A stretch of 58,160 nucleotides of DNA, the filler included, from Basidiobolus ranarum (Eukaryota): assembly GCA_040143965.1 (NCBI GenBank). It is 6 parts of 6 records of this genome, joined end to end, with 100 filler letters (N's around TTAATTAATTAA, not from the genome) between each part and the next. Parts side by side here need not be neighbours in the genome. Positions count along the whole stretch, not along the records: positions 9,728 to 19,347 come from JASJQH010007675.1; positions 19,448 to 29,061 come from JASJQH010007676.1; 4 more parts are not named here. One strand, given 5' to 3'. Shown piece after piece: positions 15,295 to 29,161 of this stretch. Below the pieces are notes generated by a model. That model was not told the DNA's origin. It did no database searches and saw only the letters and a list, made by a program, of their open reading frames with translations. The first letter of the stretch is position 1. The number at the start of each line of letters is the position of its first letter. Position numbers and translations under genes: made by a program.

Positions 15295-16924
15295 TTCATG
15301 CACTATAGTATATATATAGCATTAGAGAAAGTATGAATTTGAGGTAGACAAACTATGCGATAGTAAACAAGGATTGCAGAAGGAATCTAAAGCAAAAGCG
15401 GGGGAAAGAGATAATGCTTTCCCTCTGATCTTGTAAAAACCGAGATTTGTATCTTTCAAAAGTACCTTTTCCTGGGTAATTATAAGAAAGCGAGGTGAAA
15501 CGAGTCCTTTACTCTGTTGAGAATGTGTATCAAGCTGCAAGCGTAATTGAATCTGAGATAGACGTATAAGATCTAGTCGTAATCGGCTGGTCAGAAAACC
15601 TTAACTATGAGCGAATAGCGCAGGATTTGCAAGTAGATCTATGAAAATAGAATAAGATATCGAATAAACACAACATTCTTGACGTGACTTCAGATATCTT
15701 TTATATTCCCTACTCTCTCGATGTTTCCAAATGTGAGGGCATCCCCATCGCCAACATTTTAGTGACATCACCAATCCTCGCTCTTCACATTCCATTTCAA
15801 ACCGTTCAAACATTTTACTTTTACAGTGGGATTTTCAAACATCCCCAGCCATGTACTGAGTCCATGTCGATCGTAGTCTACTCAAGTACCGCTGCACACC
15901 TGACTGACTTGTACTGCTCTATCCGGCAGGCTTCATTCCTCACTGTCAATTGTTCAACATCTACATCCGCTGATAGAGGGCTCAAGCCCCAAAAACTCTA
16001 AGACCGGGCCGCACTATGTAGAAACTGACATGCTTGTAGACATTGATTTCAAATAGACTTGCATCATACACCATTTAATTTTAGACGATGAGCAAGAGAT
16101 ACTCTATCTAAAACCTAAGCGTACGTTGACGAATGAAAGATACCGGTGCTATCTATTTAATTCTACACTCTCTGCATATTGGCTCCTACTCGATATGACT
16201 CCATGATTGAGTAAAAATATCTCTATCCTATACGTCTTGGTTATATATAATCTTGCGGAACATTCGGTTGACTTTTTTGGAATGAATATACTCTCCAAGC
16301 TCAGCTTCGGTTCGTTAGAGAGCGCCATAATGCGGTAATAAAATGCCAAGTGAGATAGAGAAGGAAGGGAAGCAATACGATTTGCAACTACCAGAATGAT
16401 ATCATTGAGGGCATCTCATGCCATCTATCCTAATCACGTTTACTTTAAAACCGATAAGCACTGGCCCAAGCAAGTCACCTTTAGCCTAATGAAAAACTCA
16501 TGCAAATCATTCCATGAAATGAGGTGCTTATTTATGATTGAACGATAGTCTCAAGGAATCTTCTCAATCGCAACGTTCGAAGTATTATCATGAAACATGT
16601 ATCAAGATCGTAGATACATACCTGCTCATCAAATAGCACACAAACTTTCCATCAGATATGCTCATGCATGAATATTCGCTCAGTATTCTGAATCCAAACT
16701 AGGAAGCCACGTTAGTTGTGATATGTAACCATTAATAACTTTGACCACATTCAGTGGTGAATACGCTTATGAACTATGTTTATTAATATTTGAAAATAAA
16801 TCAAGTGTATGGGCCATATGATAACAACTAATTTACAACTAAGTAGCCTTTCAAAAGTATTGATTTCATGAAGAGGTGAAGGTCAGAATATATAGTGATG
16901 AGTGGGAATAATAAACCAGGTCCC

Positions 16925-17290
16925 TTAATTAATACGGTTAGAGTTACGTAGCAAGTCACTGGGTATCCAACGCTGACTTCTACAACTTCTTTTTGCTGCA
17001 TCGCCATTCGAGGCTGTCTGAGAGAGGCAATCTTCGTCCTCATCTGTCTCTTCACGAGAACGTTTCGGCCTCGAAAAGGATTCGACAGGGAGGATTTTAG
17101 GAGTAGGTGGTGTCACTGTCAACTCCGGTGTATGTGGATATATCTCTGGAAGTATATGTATATCTTGATACAGCGATTCCATCTCCTTCCAAAAATTATC
17201 ACTCTCTTCAGGCAAGATAGCCTTTTTACAAGTTCGACGAAGATTCTCCTCCCTAGTTTGTTGAGTTGACAGGTCGATTTCGACAGACAT
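16925..17290 (-). CDS. Hypothetical 121-aa hydrophilic protein
   Basis: ATG-started single-exon ORF with protein-like composition, an acidic patch and basic clusters. No family recognised. Confidence 0.5.
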   Translation of the reverse strand: MSVEIDLSTQQTREENLRRTCKKAILPEESDNFWKEMESLYQDIHILPEIYPHTPELTVTPPTPKILPVESFSRPKRSREETDEDEDCLSQTASNGDAAKRSCRSQRWIPSDLLRNSNRIN

Positions 17291-19347
17291 TTTAGAAGAA
17301 ATAGCCTAGTTAATTAGAGATAACACTACGTGTATACAAGACCACTGAAGTCTTGGATACGCGTAGTGTTCCGATTTTTTTGTTTAGATTATTGCATGGG
17401 CCTCGCGAAGCCATGTAATAACAATCAAGCAACAACACGTAGATTGCGGCATAGATAGGAAATTTGGACCATTCAAGGGATAAGTATTAGAGATTTTCCG
17501 GCCAATCTAGGGTTTGATTGTAGAATTATCTAGTAGCTATCTATGGAATTCCACCAATTATAGGGCGCTGTTTAGATCTGGGTCATACGAAGCTCGCCAA
17601 AACATTGTGAGGTATCTTTTTATATATTTCTAATTATAGATTAAACTATAAGACATTTGATGTTCAAGTGTATCTTGGATGTTGAACTTTATGAGTCAAC
17701 AAGTTAATATATGATGCAACAAAGAAGGAAATGTATTAGTGGGATAGCCTTATCTTTGAGCACCTGAAGCAAATTAAACTTGGTTGGGTTCCGACGAATT
17801 TGGCACGATAGTTGATGATGCCACTGAGGCCCAATGTACATTGTGTGTCTGGCCTTGTTTCAGAGATGCCCGCAACAAATCCACCTTTTGGCTAATCATT
17901 GGTGTGGTAGAGAGTTTGCTCTCTACTTTAGATCTCAATGACATGGTGATTTAAAATATGCATCTGAGACGCTAAATCTGTTTATTGCGCAGGTGAGGAG
18001 GCTTCACAAGGCATCTTAATTCTATTTCATGGGTATGTGTAACATGTAATAACATGCTGTGATGGCCGCAGGTGCCATTGTGTATATGCTTGTAACAACG
18101 GCTCTGAGTGTTCATTTCTTGGATGAGATAATGTAATGAGGTGCATGACTGATAGGTTGTGGAGACTTACCATTTGGGTGGGGTACCGGCTTTTTGCACA
18201 TGGTTAATCATGTTCTATCAATCAGGTTCTTTTCTTTGATTTGTTTATGTTCGAACATTTGCGGGCAGATTATGGTGATGGGCCAATTGGGCCAGTCTAA
18301 GTCGTATGCGATGATGCTGGCATTAGTTAGAACTACATACTGATAACTTGGGTATAATGCTAGTGCAACTGCCAGGAAACTGAACAATCTCAATAAAGTT
18401 AGATGTTCTACGGTATGTCGCTTTTCAGGTGTTGTTGAAACCACCATGGCCTTTTAGGCATGGTCCAAGAGTGGTTGCAGGATTTGGCAAGTGGTTCAGC
18501 CATAAATGTGCCGAATGAGCTTATGTACTGTGTTTACATAGTTGAGAGTCACTAGAACTCTCCAGGTTGAAACTATTTTAGTGTTTTTCTTGCACGATAC
18601 ATCCTCCTGCGCAGGGTTCCCTCTAATTTTGTAAGATAAACCTAGTGCTGCCTTTCATGGCATAGGCAACGTTCATATCGAAGACATGGTCAGAATATCC
18701 CGTGACAATAATACCAATAGAGTCAGAAACAATATATATAGAGTATCATTGAAGTAAAACCTCGCGAAATTAGTGCTAATTAGGAAAAAAAGGGTCTACA
18801 TCATACTGGCAGTTGTTTACCATTTTCAAGGCTTTGTTTCACGCTGGACAGAGCCTATTTACATTTGTCTTGCGGTCAGGAATATGTGCAATTCACAGAA
18901 TTCGCTTACTTCTGATCGATTACCTGATATTTACCATTAGATCAAATGCAAGATTGCAAACCTCCACCAAACGCAGCCTGCACATTCAGCCACGCAGGCT
19001 CCGTGAAAAAGAGCTGTCACTTATGTGTACTAACTTATGGTTTGCTGGTTTGGTAGAGGCATCTTAACCAGCACCTCTCATTACTATCATTGGTCATAGA
19101 GTCAGTGATCAATCAGGAGCTTCTCTGTATCGCAGCATCCAAGGGACAGGCTAATAATACTCCTATTGAGGGCTAGTCTGAAGTATGGACTGTATCTACA
19201 GGCCCGATAAGCTCAAGAATTTCGAGAGAACAGACTTGGGATATTGCCCGAATAAGTAGTAGAATAGGAGGGTACTGTAAGCACTGCTTCATCGCGTCTG
19301 GATTCAACTGATGCACGTGAGACCATTCTGCTGGAGTCGATCACTTG

Positions 19348-19447
19348 NNNNNNNNNNNNNNNNNNNNNNNNNNNNNNNNNNNNNNNNNNNNTTAATTAAT
19401 TAANNNNNNNNNNNNNNNNNNNNNNNNNNNNNNNNNNNNNNNNNNNN
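19348..19447. other. Artificial contig linker
   Basis: N44-TTAATTAATTAA-N44. Confidence 0.99.
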
Positions 19448-22400
19448 CTGGTGGGTGCTGCGATGTTAATTTTTGTGAGACAAGATAATATCTCCAAAAT
19501 TCGAAATATCCAAGTCTCCACGAAAAAGGTAGAGTTTATATGAAATGACTTCATGTGGATTGGTCACTAATCTGTTTACCTTACAACATGAAGACCGGTT
19601 TGAAAGGAATGGCTGGCAACAAAGGTGGAATCGGGATAAGATTTGATTTTGATGATACAAGTATCTGTCTTGTAACAGCACATTTAGCTGCAGGTATGTT
19701 GATGTCTATTAAAGTGAGTATTTCAGATTCTTACAGTCTACACCGACCATCATAAGGATCGTCTAATTTCCAGGAAAGAAACGAAGACTACGCGACTATA
19801 ACCAACGGGATTCGCTTTGCCAAGGGTCGTAGTATCGATAATCACGAGTAAGTGATTGTTAGTAATTAGAACTTCATCAAGTACTTACTTACTTCGAATT
19901 AGCTATATCATTTGGTTTGGTGACTTTAATTACCGTATCAACCTGGAATACGATGATGTAAGGACATTGTGATTCTGACGTTTTGGGTGGCTCTAACTTA
20001 TTTCATTCAAGGTTATGGATTGCATCTACAATAAGCAGCTGTCTGAGCTTCTGATGTACGATCAGGTAAGATACATCCTGATCATACTTGAATGAACCCT
20101 CGACCAATTGTATTTTTGATCATAGCTCAATCAACAAATTCAAGAGGGAAGAGCCTTTGAAGGATTCCAGGAAGGCATCATAGCCTTTGATCCTACATAC
20201 AAATACGATAATGGAACTGACACATATGACACCAGGTAAAGATACTCAACTAAACATTGCAAAATAACAACAGAGTTAACAGTCATGTAAATCAGTGAGA
20301 AGCAACGACGCCCTGCCTGGACCGGTAAGTTTTCGAATCTCCTCTGTAACCATCTCGAGTATTCTGGCTTTCTAATCACAATTGCTCTCCTCAGATCGGA
20401 TTCTTTATCGTGGAAAGAAGGTAAACTTTGTTGGATATTTAAGCATACACTTGAAGACAATGAGAGCTCAAAGGTTTTCCGATTCATAGATGTCCTTGCT
20501 TAAATACATCAATTCTAGCGTGATTCGAGTTTCTGATCATAAGCCTGGTAAATACCACTTAGAAACAAATTTACATTCATATTGCTAAACTGATTAATCT
20601 CTCTAGTAATGGGATTGTTTGAACTGGAGGTAGTTTTCCATTGGATTATCCGTTGATTAGTTTTCGTTTTAAAGTTCCGGCATTTTACTTGATAGATTGT
20701 GAAAGTAGATCACAAAGTTCGAGATCAGATCTCGCATCAGTTGTATAGTATTAAGAAGAAGGAGGTTGATCTGAATCCACGTATTGCAAATGTTGCGTTT
20801 AAACATAGCCAAGGTACCTCTCATATTGCTATGGACCCTAGTGCCCTACTAACTCTTGTGACATTAGACGAAAAGCAATACAAAGAGGAGTCTCTATTAA
20901 ACATCTCTAACGATGGTACGTTTGGGTTATCTCTTGTATCTTCGTAGATAGATACTAAATTTCATGAAATTTTAGAGACTCTGCTTGCATCTTCTGAGGA
21001 GTATGATTTAAGGAGTGGTACAGTCCTTACCTCACCTGGCTGTTCTGTCAACATCTATTTATTTGTTTTGCATAGGGAGGAGTCGCGGTGTTGCTCCTGT
21101 ATCTCGCAGTACTGACGAAAGCAGATCCAATCATTTAATGGATAGTGATAATGCTACGGAGAGATCTGGCTTGCTTCAGAAACCCAATGGTCAGTATTAA
21201 CCGGGAGAATTCAGTAATAGTTCATACACTAACTGAATGGTACACCTTTAGAATTGAAATCGATTCGTGCTGCCTCCAGTGATAATGTTAGCCTCCTTGA
21301 TCGGGATGCGTTCCTAGGAAAACCACAGTTGATCGAAATTTCCCCAGGTTATAGTTTATGTTTATATGGGAATTTTATGCAGAGATTAACGTTATTTTAG
21401 ATGAGTTAGAGACATCATGGATTCCATTGAAGCCTAAAAGTTCTTAAATTCTCTATTGATATTGGGTATGTTCTTGAAGATTGACCGCTTTATTTTAATA
21501 TTTTCTAGGTTCCACTCCTTCGGGATATCTATCACCTGTGAATATTGCCAAATCCAAGTAAGATCCAATTTATTTGCTCATCTAATTTTATACAATAATA
21601 TCTACATATTTACAAATTATCTCTAGGTCTGATAGTCAACTACTTGGACAAGTAGCTAATCCTTACACATCCACTCCTACAAATAACTCGCTCTACTCAA
21701 TGAAATATGATTCACCTAGCTTGACACCAACGCAAAATACTGAAGGTAGCTTTGGTAAATCAAGCCCCCCCGTTCCAGTGAAGAAATCCACTTCTACTTC
21801 ACCCAAGCTTGATCGTGATACATTAGCTAAGCCACTTATCCCCGAAAGAAAGTTCAAATCACCCTCAGCTTTTGCAGTGATGAAGCCATTGATCCCAGAA
21901 CGTAATGCTAAGCCTTCTGGTTCAGTTGGTGAAGAAGGACCACAAAAACCACCCCTTCCTAGTAGAAGTCCTTCTATCAGTTCTAAAGTCAGCTCCGTAG
22001 AACCTATGGTTCCAGTAAGAAGGAATGTTTCTCAAAAAACCTCCATTCTCTCCAGAAGTTCTTCAACCTCTTCCAACAATATCACTTCGGAACCCGAAAA
22101 TCTTCCCACTTTACCGCAAAGAACCAACTCGTTGAATGAAAGTGAAAAGAATGAGAGTAATTCAGTAGAAGAAAATGAAGAACATAATTCTACTACCGAT
22201 ACTGATAGTGAAGAAGAAATTTCTAAACCCGAAACAACCGATTCTAACCATTTAGAAGATTTTAATACTACTAAATGGAAACCATTAATCCCGGAAAGAA
22301 GTTCTGGTACCTCTGGTGCCTCCGGTTTATCAGATAAAGAGAATCTAAAGAAACCTTTACCTCCTACTAGAAAACCAAGAAGTCCACTCATCGGTAGTGC

Positions 22401-25014
22401 TATGTTGGAATCTAGAAATAGTGCTCAGCCAACTACTAATCTAAGGAGAACTCGTACATTAAATGATGGCAATATCAACTCTTCAAGTCAATCAGCAGAT
22501 GTAACATTAGAATCATCGATACATGGAGTTAAATCTACCCTAAAAAGAACCCCTCCACCAATCCCGGTTAGAGCTAGTGGAACTGAACTTCGAAGGGCTC
22601 GCACTATTTCCGAAGGAAATACCATGAGATCAGAGTCAGTGAAACAGCCCCTTACTGATATCTCACAAACAGAGGAAAATGTACAAGTTACAGATACTAT
22701 TCCAGACATTAGTATACCTAAGTCAACCTTGAATGTTGAGAATAAGGAGGAATTATCCAAGTCCAATCTTGAACAAGAAAAAGAAAAAGTCGATGATAAA
22801 TCACCAAATGTAGACGAAAAAAGTACTGATTTAACCGAGATCTCACCCCCCGTTAGTATCAAAGATAGAATGGCACATCTTCCTTTCAAAGGTATCAGTA
22901 ATCCATTGGGAACTTCTCGTACACCAAGTGAATCAGTGAAAGTACCTTTGGAACTCGGAAAGAAGGGAAGTACTGCCTTGAAGTCGGAGAATGAAACCTT
23001 GAATTCATCTAAATCTATTAGCTCTAACCATGGTGGCATTACTCCTAGCTCGATAGGCTCTTCATCGGTTACCAAGCTTAAAGAGCAAATGAAAAATCAA
23101 ATAGTCATGAATCCGAATCTGAATCCAAAACCATCTTTGGGAAAACCATCGACTAAAAGTATAACCACTGGACAAACCCACACCCTCGAAAAATCCAATG
23201 ATCCTCCAAAGAGTAGCGTAAAAGATAGATTAGCACAATTTTCAAGTATCAATTCTGAAAATTCCGAAAAACCCAAACCTATCATTCCATTAAGAAAACC
23301 ACGTGGAGTCAACGCACATCTGGAATCTAAGGATAAAGAAGGCAAATTGATGGATGAAAAAGTATCCAAGGAAAAAACTGATTCAGTTTCTGAATCATCT
23401 CATAGTATCGATGGTCCAACATCCCCTAAGATAATCTCGAATATTTCCAAAATATCTAAGCGAATGGAAGGTTCTTCTACTCCTTTGGTAACATCGAGTG
23501 TTAAAACTCGCATAGCTCAACTTCCAATCTCAGCTAAAGATACGAACTCGGCCTCCATCGTAGGCTCTAACAAACCATTAGGGAAAAGGTTAACCTCTGA
23601 TTCAAGCATAAAAACTACAACCGATACTACTCATGAGAAGAGTGATAACTCCAAAGTGATCCCTCAATTAAAGAAATCTACTTCGGAGCCACTTCCAGAT
23701 GGTCCAAATGTCGCACCTTCTGTTCGAAACCTTCGTGCAAAACTAGTCAATATTCCCATGGGACCTGGACTTGTCAAAAAACCTCTCGATCTACCACCCA
23801 GTAGCACCAAATCATCTCCAAGTCAAGATGAACAATCAAGTCACAATGAACCTATGAAGAATATTAACGAGCGTACAGCACCCATCCCAATGTCTAGCTT
23901 AGATATGCATAAAAAGAGACCACACCCTCGTAAAACAGCAAGAAAGAAAACCATTGTTAAACCATCAACGGATTCTAATACGAGTAGTACACATGAAACC
24001 AAATCTGAAGCTGTAGATACCTCGAAATCCATCACTCCAAATGTTACAGAACCATCAGTGAATGATGAAGCAAAGAAAAAGATAGCCAGTACTGCAGAAA
24101 GGAAATCACAACTTCAATCAATTAAGATTGATAAAGTGGATCACTCTAAACGTACAATAGATCATCTACCGAGAAAATCTCCTGAAATCGTAGCATCTTC
24201 TTCTAAAGACTTACCAGAGAAAGTGTTGACTTTGGGAGAAAGGAAGGCTAAACTTGCAAATAAGGATCATTCTGACAAAAAGAGTCCTACTTCTCCTACG
24301 GTGACGAAAACTCCTCGTGGAATACGTACGCCTATTCATCATGATGCTCCATCCACTGGTGATGTTACCAGTCCCTTGGGTATCAAGGAAAGAACAGCCA
24401 AGCTCCAATCTCAAACCGAACATAAGCCTGTTCATGGTGATGATAAGTCAACACTTAATCTGAGATCTAAGGGGAACCCAATGGGCAATATTAAGGTAAC
24501 CAAGTCAGTAGAAGATAAAAGTAGTGAGAGTATCGAAGAGAAGGTTCCAAATCTCAAAGCACGAAAAAGTGTCTTCGAGACTAAAAAACCCAATTCACCC
24601 GGTAAGTTGGTAAGTAAAGATACTATAGCTAAACCGACTTCTAAAAATACCGAAATCACTCCATCCGTCGAAGAGAAATTACCAAGTGTTAGAATGCGTA
24701 AAGATATCTTCGAAACTAAGGACACTACCAACTTGAACACTGAAAAATCTAAACTTGCCCCTGCCTCTAAACTTGTATCTGAGTTAAAAGGAAAGCAAAT
24801 CAATAATCCGGTCGGAGATAAGCCATCAAGTACTCCAGCACCAAAGGATCTGTTAACTCCCACGAAAACGGAGGAAAAGGCACCACCCGCTGCTGAGATA
24901 GATGAAAAGAATGATACTGCTAACATAGAAGAAGCCTCTAACGATGACTCTAAAATCCATGGCATTCAAGCAAGGAAGGCGTTGCTATTTGGTGAAAAGA
25001 CCAGTGCTTCATAA
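19448..25014 (+). CDS. Synaptojanin/INP52-like inositol polyphosphate 5-phosphatase (5' part missing) with a very long Pro/Ser/Lys-rich C-terminal tail
   Basis: Catalytic motifs across exons: TGLKGMAGNKGG, TAHLAAG, WFGDFNYRI, FDPTYKYD, RPAWT|DRILY, SDHKPV. A chain of GT-AG-bounded exons keeps frame into the 21627-25014 terminal exon, which contains the 1104-aa ORF. Confidence 0.88.
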
Positions 25015-25311
25015 CAATGTTAGATGAATATCAACTATGGCTACGACTACAGGAATCAACCAACAATTTTGATCCACATTCACCATGTACCATGCAATTG
25101 TGATCGTAGGTATATAAAAGAGAATGGCGCAAGCGAATATTGTGTTTCTATAAATCAATAAAAAATGAAGCCAATATAGAATAATAGTATAGAATTTATT
25201 TGAAGTATTAGTAAATTTCTCTACACAGAAAATATACAGTTCCAAAAAGATGTCATTCTGGAACAGCAAAAAGCCACCAAGTCAGAGAGATGCTTAACAT
25301 GTGTAACAAAA

Positions 25312-27294
25312 TCAAGGAACGCTGACTGATACTGCCGCATTTAAAAGGCCATTTTCTTCTAATGTACCATCAATCTTATCAATAAGTTGCTGACGTAAAT
25401 AGACCAATTCAATAGGCTCTGATGCCAAATCTGGTACTGAAGCTTTGATGAATTCAAAGAGGTGTCTGACGGGATCTGTTTTCATGAAGCGTCGAATGAT
25501 ACGAGAACCATCTGATAATCAAGGTTAGCCACCATCAGGATACGACAGAGATCATAATTGAGACTTTACCAGGAAGACGAAATTGAATTCTAGTCGTATC
25601 ACTACCATTAGCTGGTTCAGATCTTTCCACTGGCTTGATACTGTCAATTACTAAAATTCTGGTCAGAAACCAAGTGAAATGTGTACAAGAATATATAGAG
25701 AGACTGAGTAACTAACCAGAAGTAGAAACATTATCGTCAGACTCGGGTTCAGAATCAATGATTTCGATTTGTTCAGGGGATTTAGGTGCGGAACTGGTGG
25801 ATGCCGCATTCATGGATGCTGCCAATGCAATGTTAAGTTGCTCTTCTTCAGATAGATCTTCGATATTCTTTAACATCGATGGGTAATCACGAACAGAATT
25901 CATATCTTGGTTTGTTTCTTCTCGCTCTTACCTTATTCCTGGGTTTCTTGGTAACCGGTGCAATAGCTGGTAACAGAGTATTACAATCGAGGAATTCAGT
26001 AACTGGTGGGGGGGGGTTGATTAGTTCAATTACAATACACATATACACACATGCTTTCTGAACATTACCATTCATTAAAAACTCAATAGGCGTCACGGGA
26101 GCATTCCACACTTTCATTCGCTCCCCTAATAATTGGAAAGAGAACTTTAAATACCATTCCAACTTGAAAGAGTGAAGCATCCTTACCAGTCCGGGGATCA
26201 ATGATAGCGATATGAGGATAGTTCTCAATGGGATAGAAAGTGAGGTATTTTTTCCCTTCTACACTATCTGAACTGAACTATGAAGACGAGTGCCGTAATG
26301 AGAGTGAGTTCTAATCGATTAAAATATCCCAAACGTACCTGAAGGAAAAGGAAGTTTTCTTTGATGATATCTTGAACAGTTTTATCACTCCACAAATCTC
26401 TATTCAAAATTTGGCATACGAATTCCGAAACCTCTTGAATATTCACCATCAACCATTTCCCTTGGGATTTAGCAGTGTTACGTGTCTGTCAAGTAGTGGA
26501 AATGTTAGGAAAATCGTTGCTATGACTTCTCTCTCTCTCATCACATACTTGTTCGAAATCTTGGTTAGACATAATATCAAATGGAGGTCTAAATAAATCA
26601 GCAAGTCTGCTTGTATGATCCGAGGAAGCTATTTTAAATGTATGAATATTCGTCACAAAGGTTCTTTTAAAATTATGTCTACACACTAACCAGAACCACG
26701 AATAGTGGCAGCCTCGGCAGCAAAATCTCGGAATGCTTCACGTGGTCTGGTATCGATCGACTCAAGTTGATTGAATATAGACTGGGGTGGGCCTATTATA
26801 AGATTAGTAAGAGTAGAGGAAAGAATGAAGATGAATACTCTGTAAACAAATTGTCCCACCTCTTCTGTTTGCTCTATAAACAGGGCTGTAGGTTTCCTCC
26901 CCATAACCGGGGGAATCTCCAATCAAAGTATCCATTCTTGAAGCGATTGGGGCTCTAACGGTATCTTGTGCAGCTAATCTTTGGGCCATTTCGGCATCAC
27001 TCTCTGTATAGTTTTGGTTAGATAGTTCTTCACGTGGTTGAGTGGTAGAATGGACTCCACTTAAGTCAGCACCACCACTTTCCAAATAGAGAGTGATTGC
27101 TTGTTCAACATTTCCTTCAGAAACCTTTTGAAATGAAACATACGGTTAACTTTTAAGGAGCACCATAAAGAAGAGTAAAATAAGCCCCAAAAGGGAGTAA
27201 CACCCACTGTTAAATAGTTGTTGGCAACTTCGGGAGTTGCGTTGGTGATTTGACAAAAGTTGGCGATAAGTTCTGGATCGAAAAAGTCCCCCAT
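25312..27294 (-). CDS. UBX-domain Cdc48/p97 adaptor, UBXN7/Ubx5-like (UBA-like, UAS, UIM, UBX)
   Basis: N-terminal LIANFCQITNATPEVANNYL, LADLFRPPFDIM, UAS motif WLMVNIQEVSEFVCQILNRDLWSD, UIM LSEEEQLNIALAASM, UBX TRIQFRLPDGSRIIRRF...LEENGLLNAAV. Confidence 0.9.
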
Positions 27295-27701
27295 GTTGAC
27301 CGAAAGGAAAAAAAGTAAGTCTAATAACGAAACGAGCTCTAACAAAAAATCATCTTTACTTGTCATAGATTAGACTACGTCATAATCAAATTGTACATGG
27401 AGCACTGGGAACAAGAATGAAGAAAAATATAGGGAATCATTGTTTGGTAGTCAATGAACAGATGTACGATTTAAATTCAAAACCACTGGGAATATTATTC
27501 ATATATATATGCTGTTTAAATTCGGTCGATATAATCAACATTTATTGATTGCAGTGCTGATGTAGAAGCACATTGAAGCAGGTTGGTAATTGGCACTATT
27601 GGTGAGCATATAAGCACCATTGATGAGCATATAGGTTGAACACGCACAGCCCTAACCCCTAGCTACACATGAAGGAAAGATCGATCTAGGTGATTGATTG
27701 T

Positions 27702-28735
27702 TTATTGTAAAAATTGTAGCCAGAATGGATGATCTAAAGGGCTATCCAATCTATTCACAATAAGTTGATTGTCCTTAGAGTAATCGAGATAATACAATTC
27801 CTTGACATTGAGTTCTCCAAGATACTCGTATAGTTTCCCATAGTGCATACCCACGTCATTAGGACCATGGCTATCGTCAGATATGGTCAATCGACCACCT
27901 TTAGCAAGGATCATCTAGTGCATGTGAATGAAAAAGGTGAGTCAATATGTGACCAAGAACAGATCTGAATCGAGTCCCACTCACCTCCACAATGTCTCTT
28001 CCAGGATAAGGATATTTCAATCCCTTTTTCCATGCTCTGGAATTCACCTCAAATAAACCACCATAGCTAATCACGTAATCGATGTTACGTATCATCTTCT
28101 CCCTGATACTATCAGTAATAAAGGTATCTGGTGCAAATATCCTTATCAAATCGAAGTGGCCAACCACTAGAGGCTGAATACTGGTTAAGAGATCTAGTTG
28201 CGCATCAAAGTACCCTTCAAAGAGTCTCTCAATACCACCCGCTTTTTGGGTGGCGATATCATACATTTCCATATCAAAATCTATTGGTGTCTCAAAAACA
28301 TGATGCAGTGAGCCGACAAAATAGTCTAACTCATATGTGGCCTTTATCGCTTTCAACTCCTCTGCGAACTCTGGATAGATAAACTCCGTTTCAGCACCAA
28401 CGATTAACTTGATCTGGGAACTGTATTTTGTTTGTAAACGACGAGCTTCTTTGACGAAACTTTCAAATTGGGATAATAAATCTGCAGGTTCAAGGTGTTG
28501 CTATAAAGATAAGCTCCAAAGTTAATCGACAAGAGGAGGACTAGTTGGGAACAATACGAAACATTTCTGAATTTACCTCCTCAGGATACAAGTCTACGGG
28601 TCTTCTACGTGGTACATGTTCTGTGAGTCCGAATACAACAAAACCTTTATTGATGGCTTCCAGAACTACTTCTTCTAATGTCCCTTTGGCGTGGTGACAA
28701 AACTGCCCCGAGTGAGTATGAAAGGAAAAAGGCAT
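27702..28735 (-). CDS. HIS2: Histidinol-phosphatase, PHP family (multi-exon)
   Basis: MPFSFHTHSGQFCHHA, GLTEHVPR, VGSLHHV, VVGHFDLIR, FEVNSRA, LTISDDSHG. Confidence 0.92.
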
Positions 28736-29061
28736 CTACGGATTCTATGTCTAGCGTGGTGTCAAGGTAATAGGTAGGATGGTTGAGTTTCTCTTTCTAT
28801 AATTTAAAGCGAGAGGTCTGATGACTAAATATGGGTCATATAAAAATGATCGATATTCCCGATTTGGATTTAGAGTAGGTATTGAGCAACCATTACATTG
28901 GATACGACTATTTATTTATTGGATTGTTTTCTTGGAATTGGATGTACAAAGAAGAATGAAGTTGTGTGGCAGATATGCTGTTAGTTCGAGTATTGATAGA
29001 TGAAAAAGGTCAGTTACTATATGATTCGGGGGGGGGGAAGAAAGGCTTAATAAGTACAGGC

Positions 29062-29161
29062 NNNNNNNNNNNNNNNNNNNNNNNNNNNNNNNNNNNNNNN
29101 NNNNNTTAATTAATTAANNNNNNNNNNNNNNNNNNNNNNNNNNNNNNNNNNNNNNNNNNNN
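29062..29161. other. Artificial contig linker
   Basis: N44-TTAATTAATTAA-N44. Confidence 0.99.

Noticed and set aside
17700-18540. Possible decayed retroelement or transposase relic (minus-strand fragment RAKFVGTQPSLICFRCSK resembling a zinc knuckle)
   Set aside because: The knuckle is incomplete, frames are broken and no second diagnostic motif is visible. A translated search would be needed.
22032-24965. Several long antisense ORFs of up to 195 aa within the 5-phosphatase tail, and similar ones at 52892-53393
   Set aside because: Shadows of low-complexity sense-strand coding sequence with no independent protein features.
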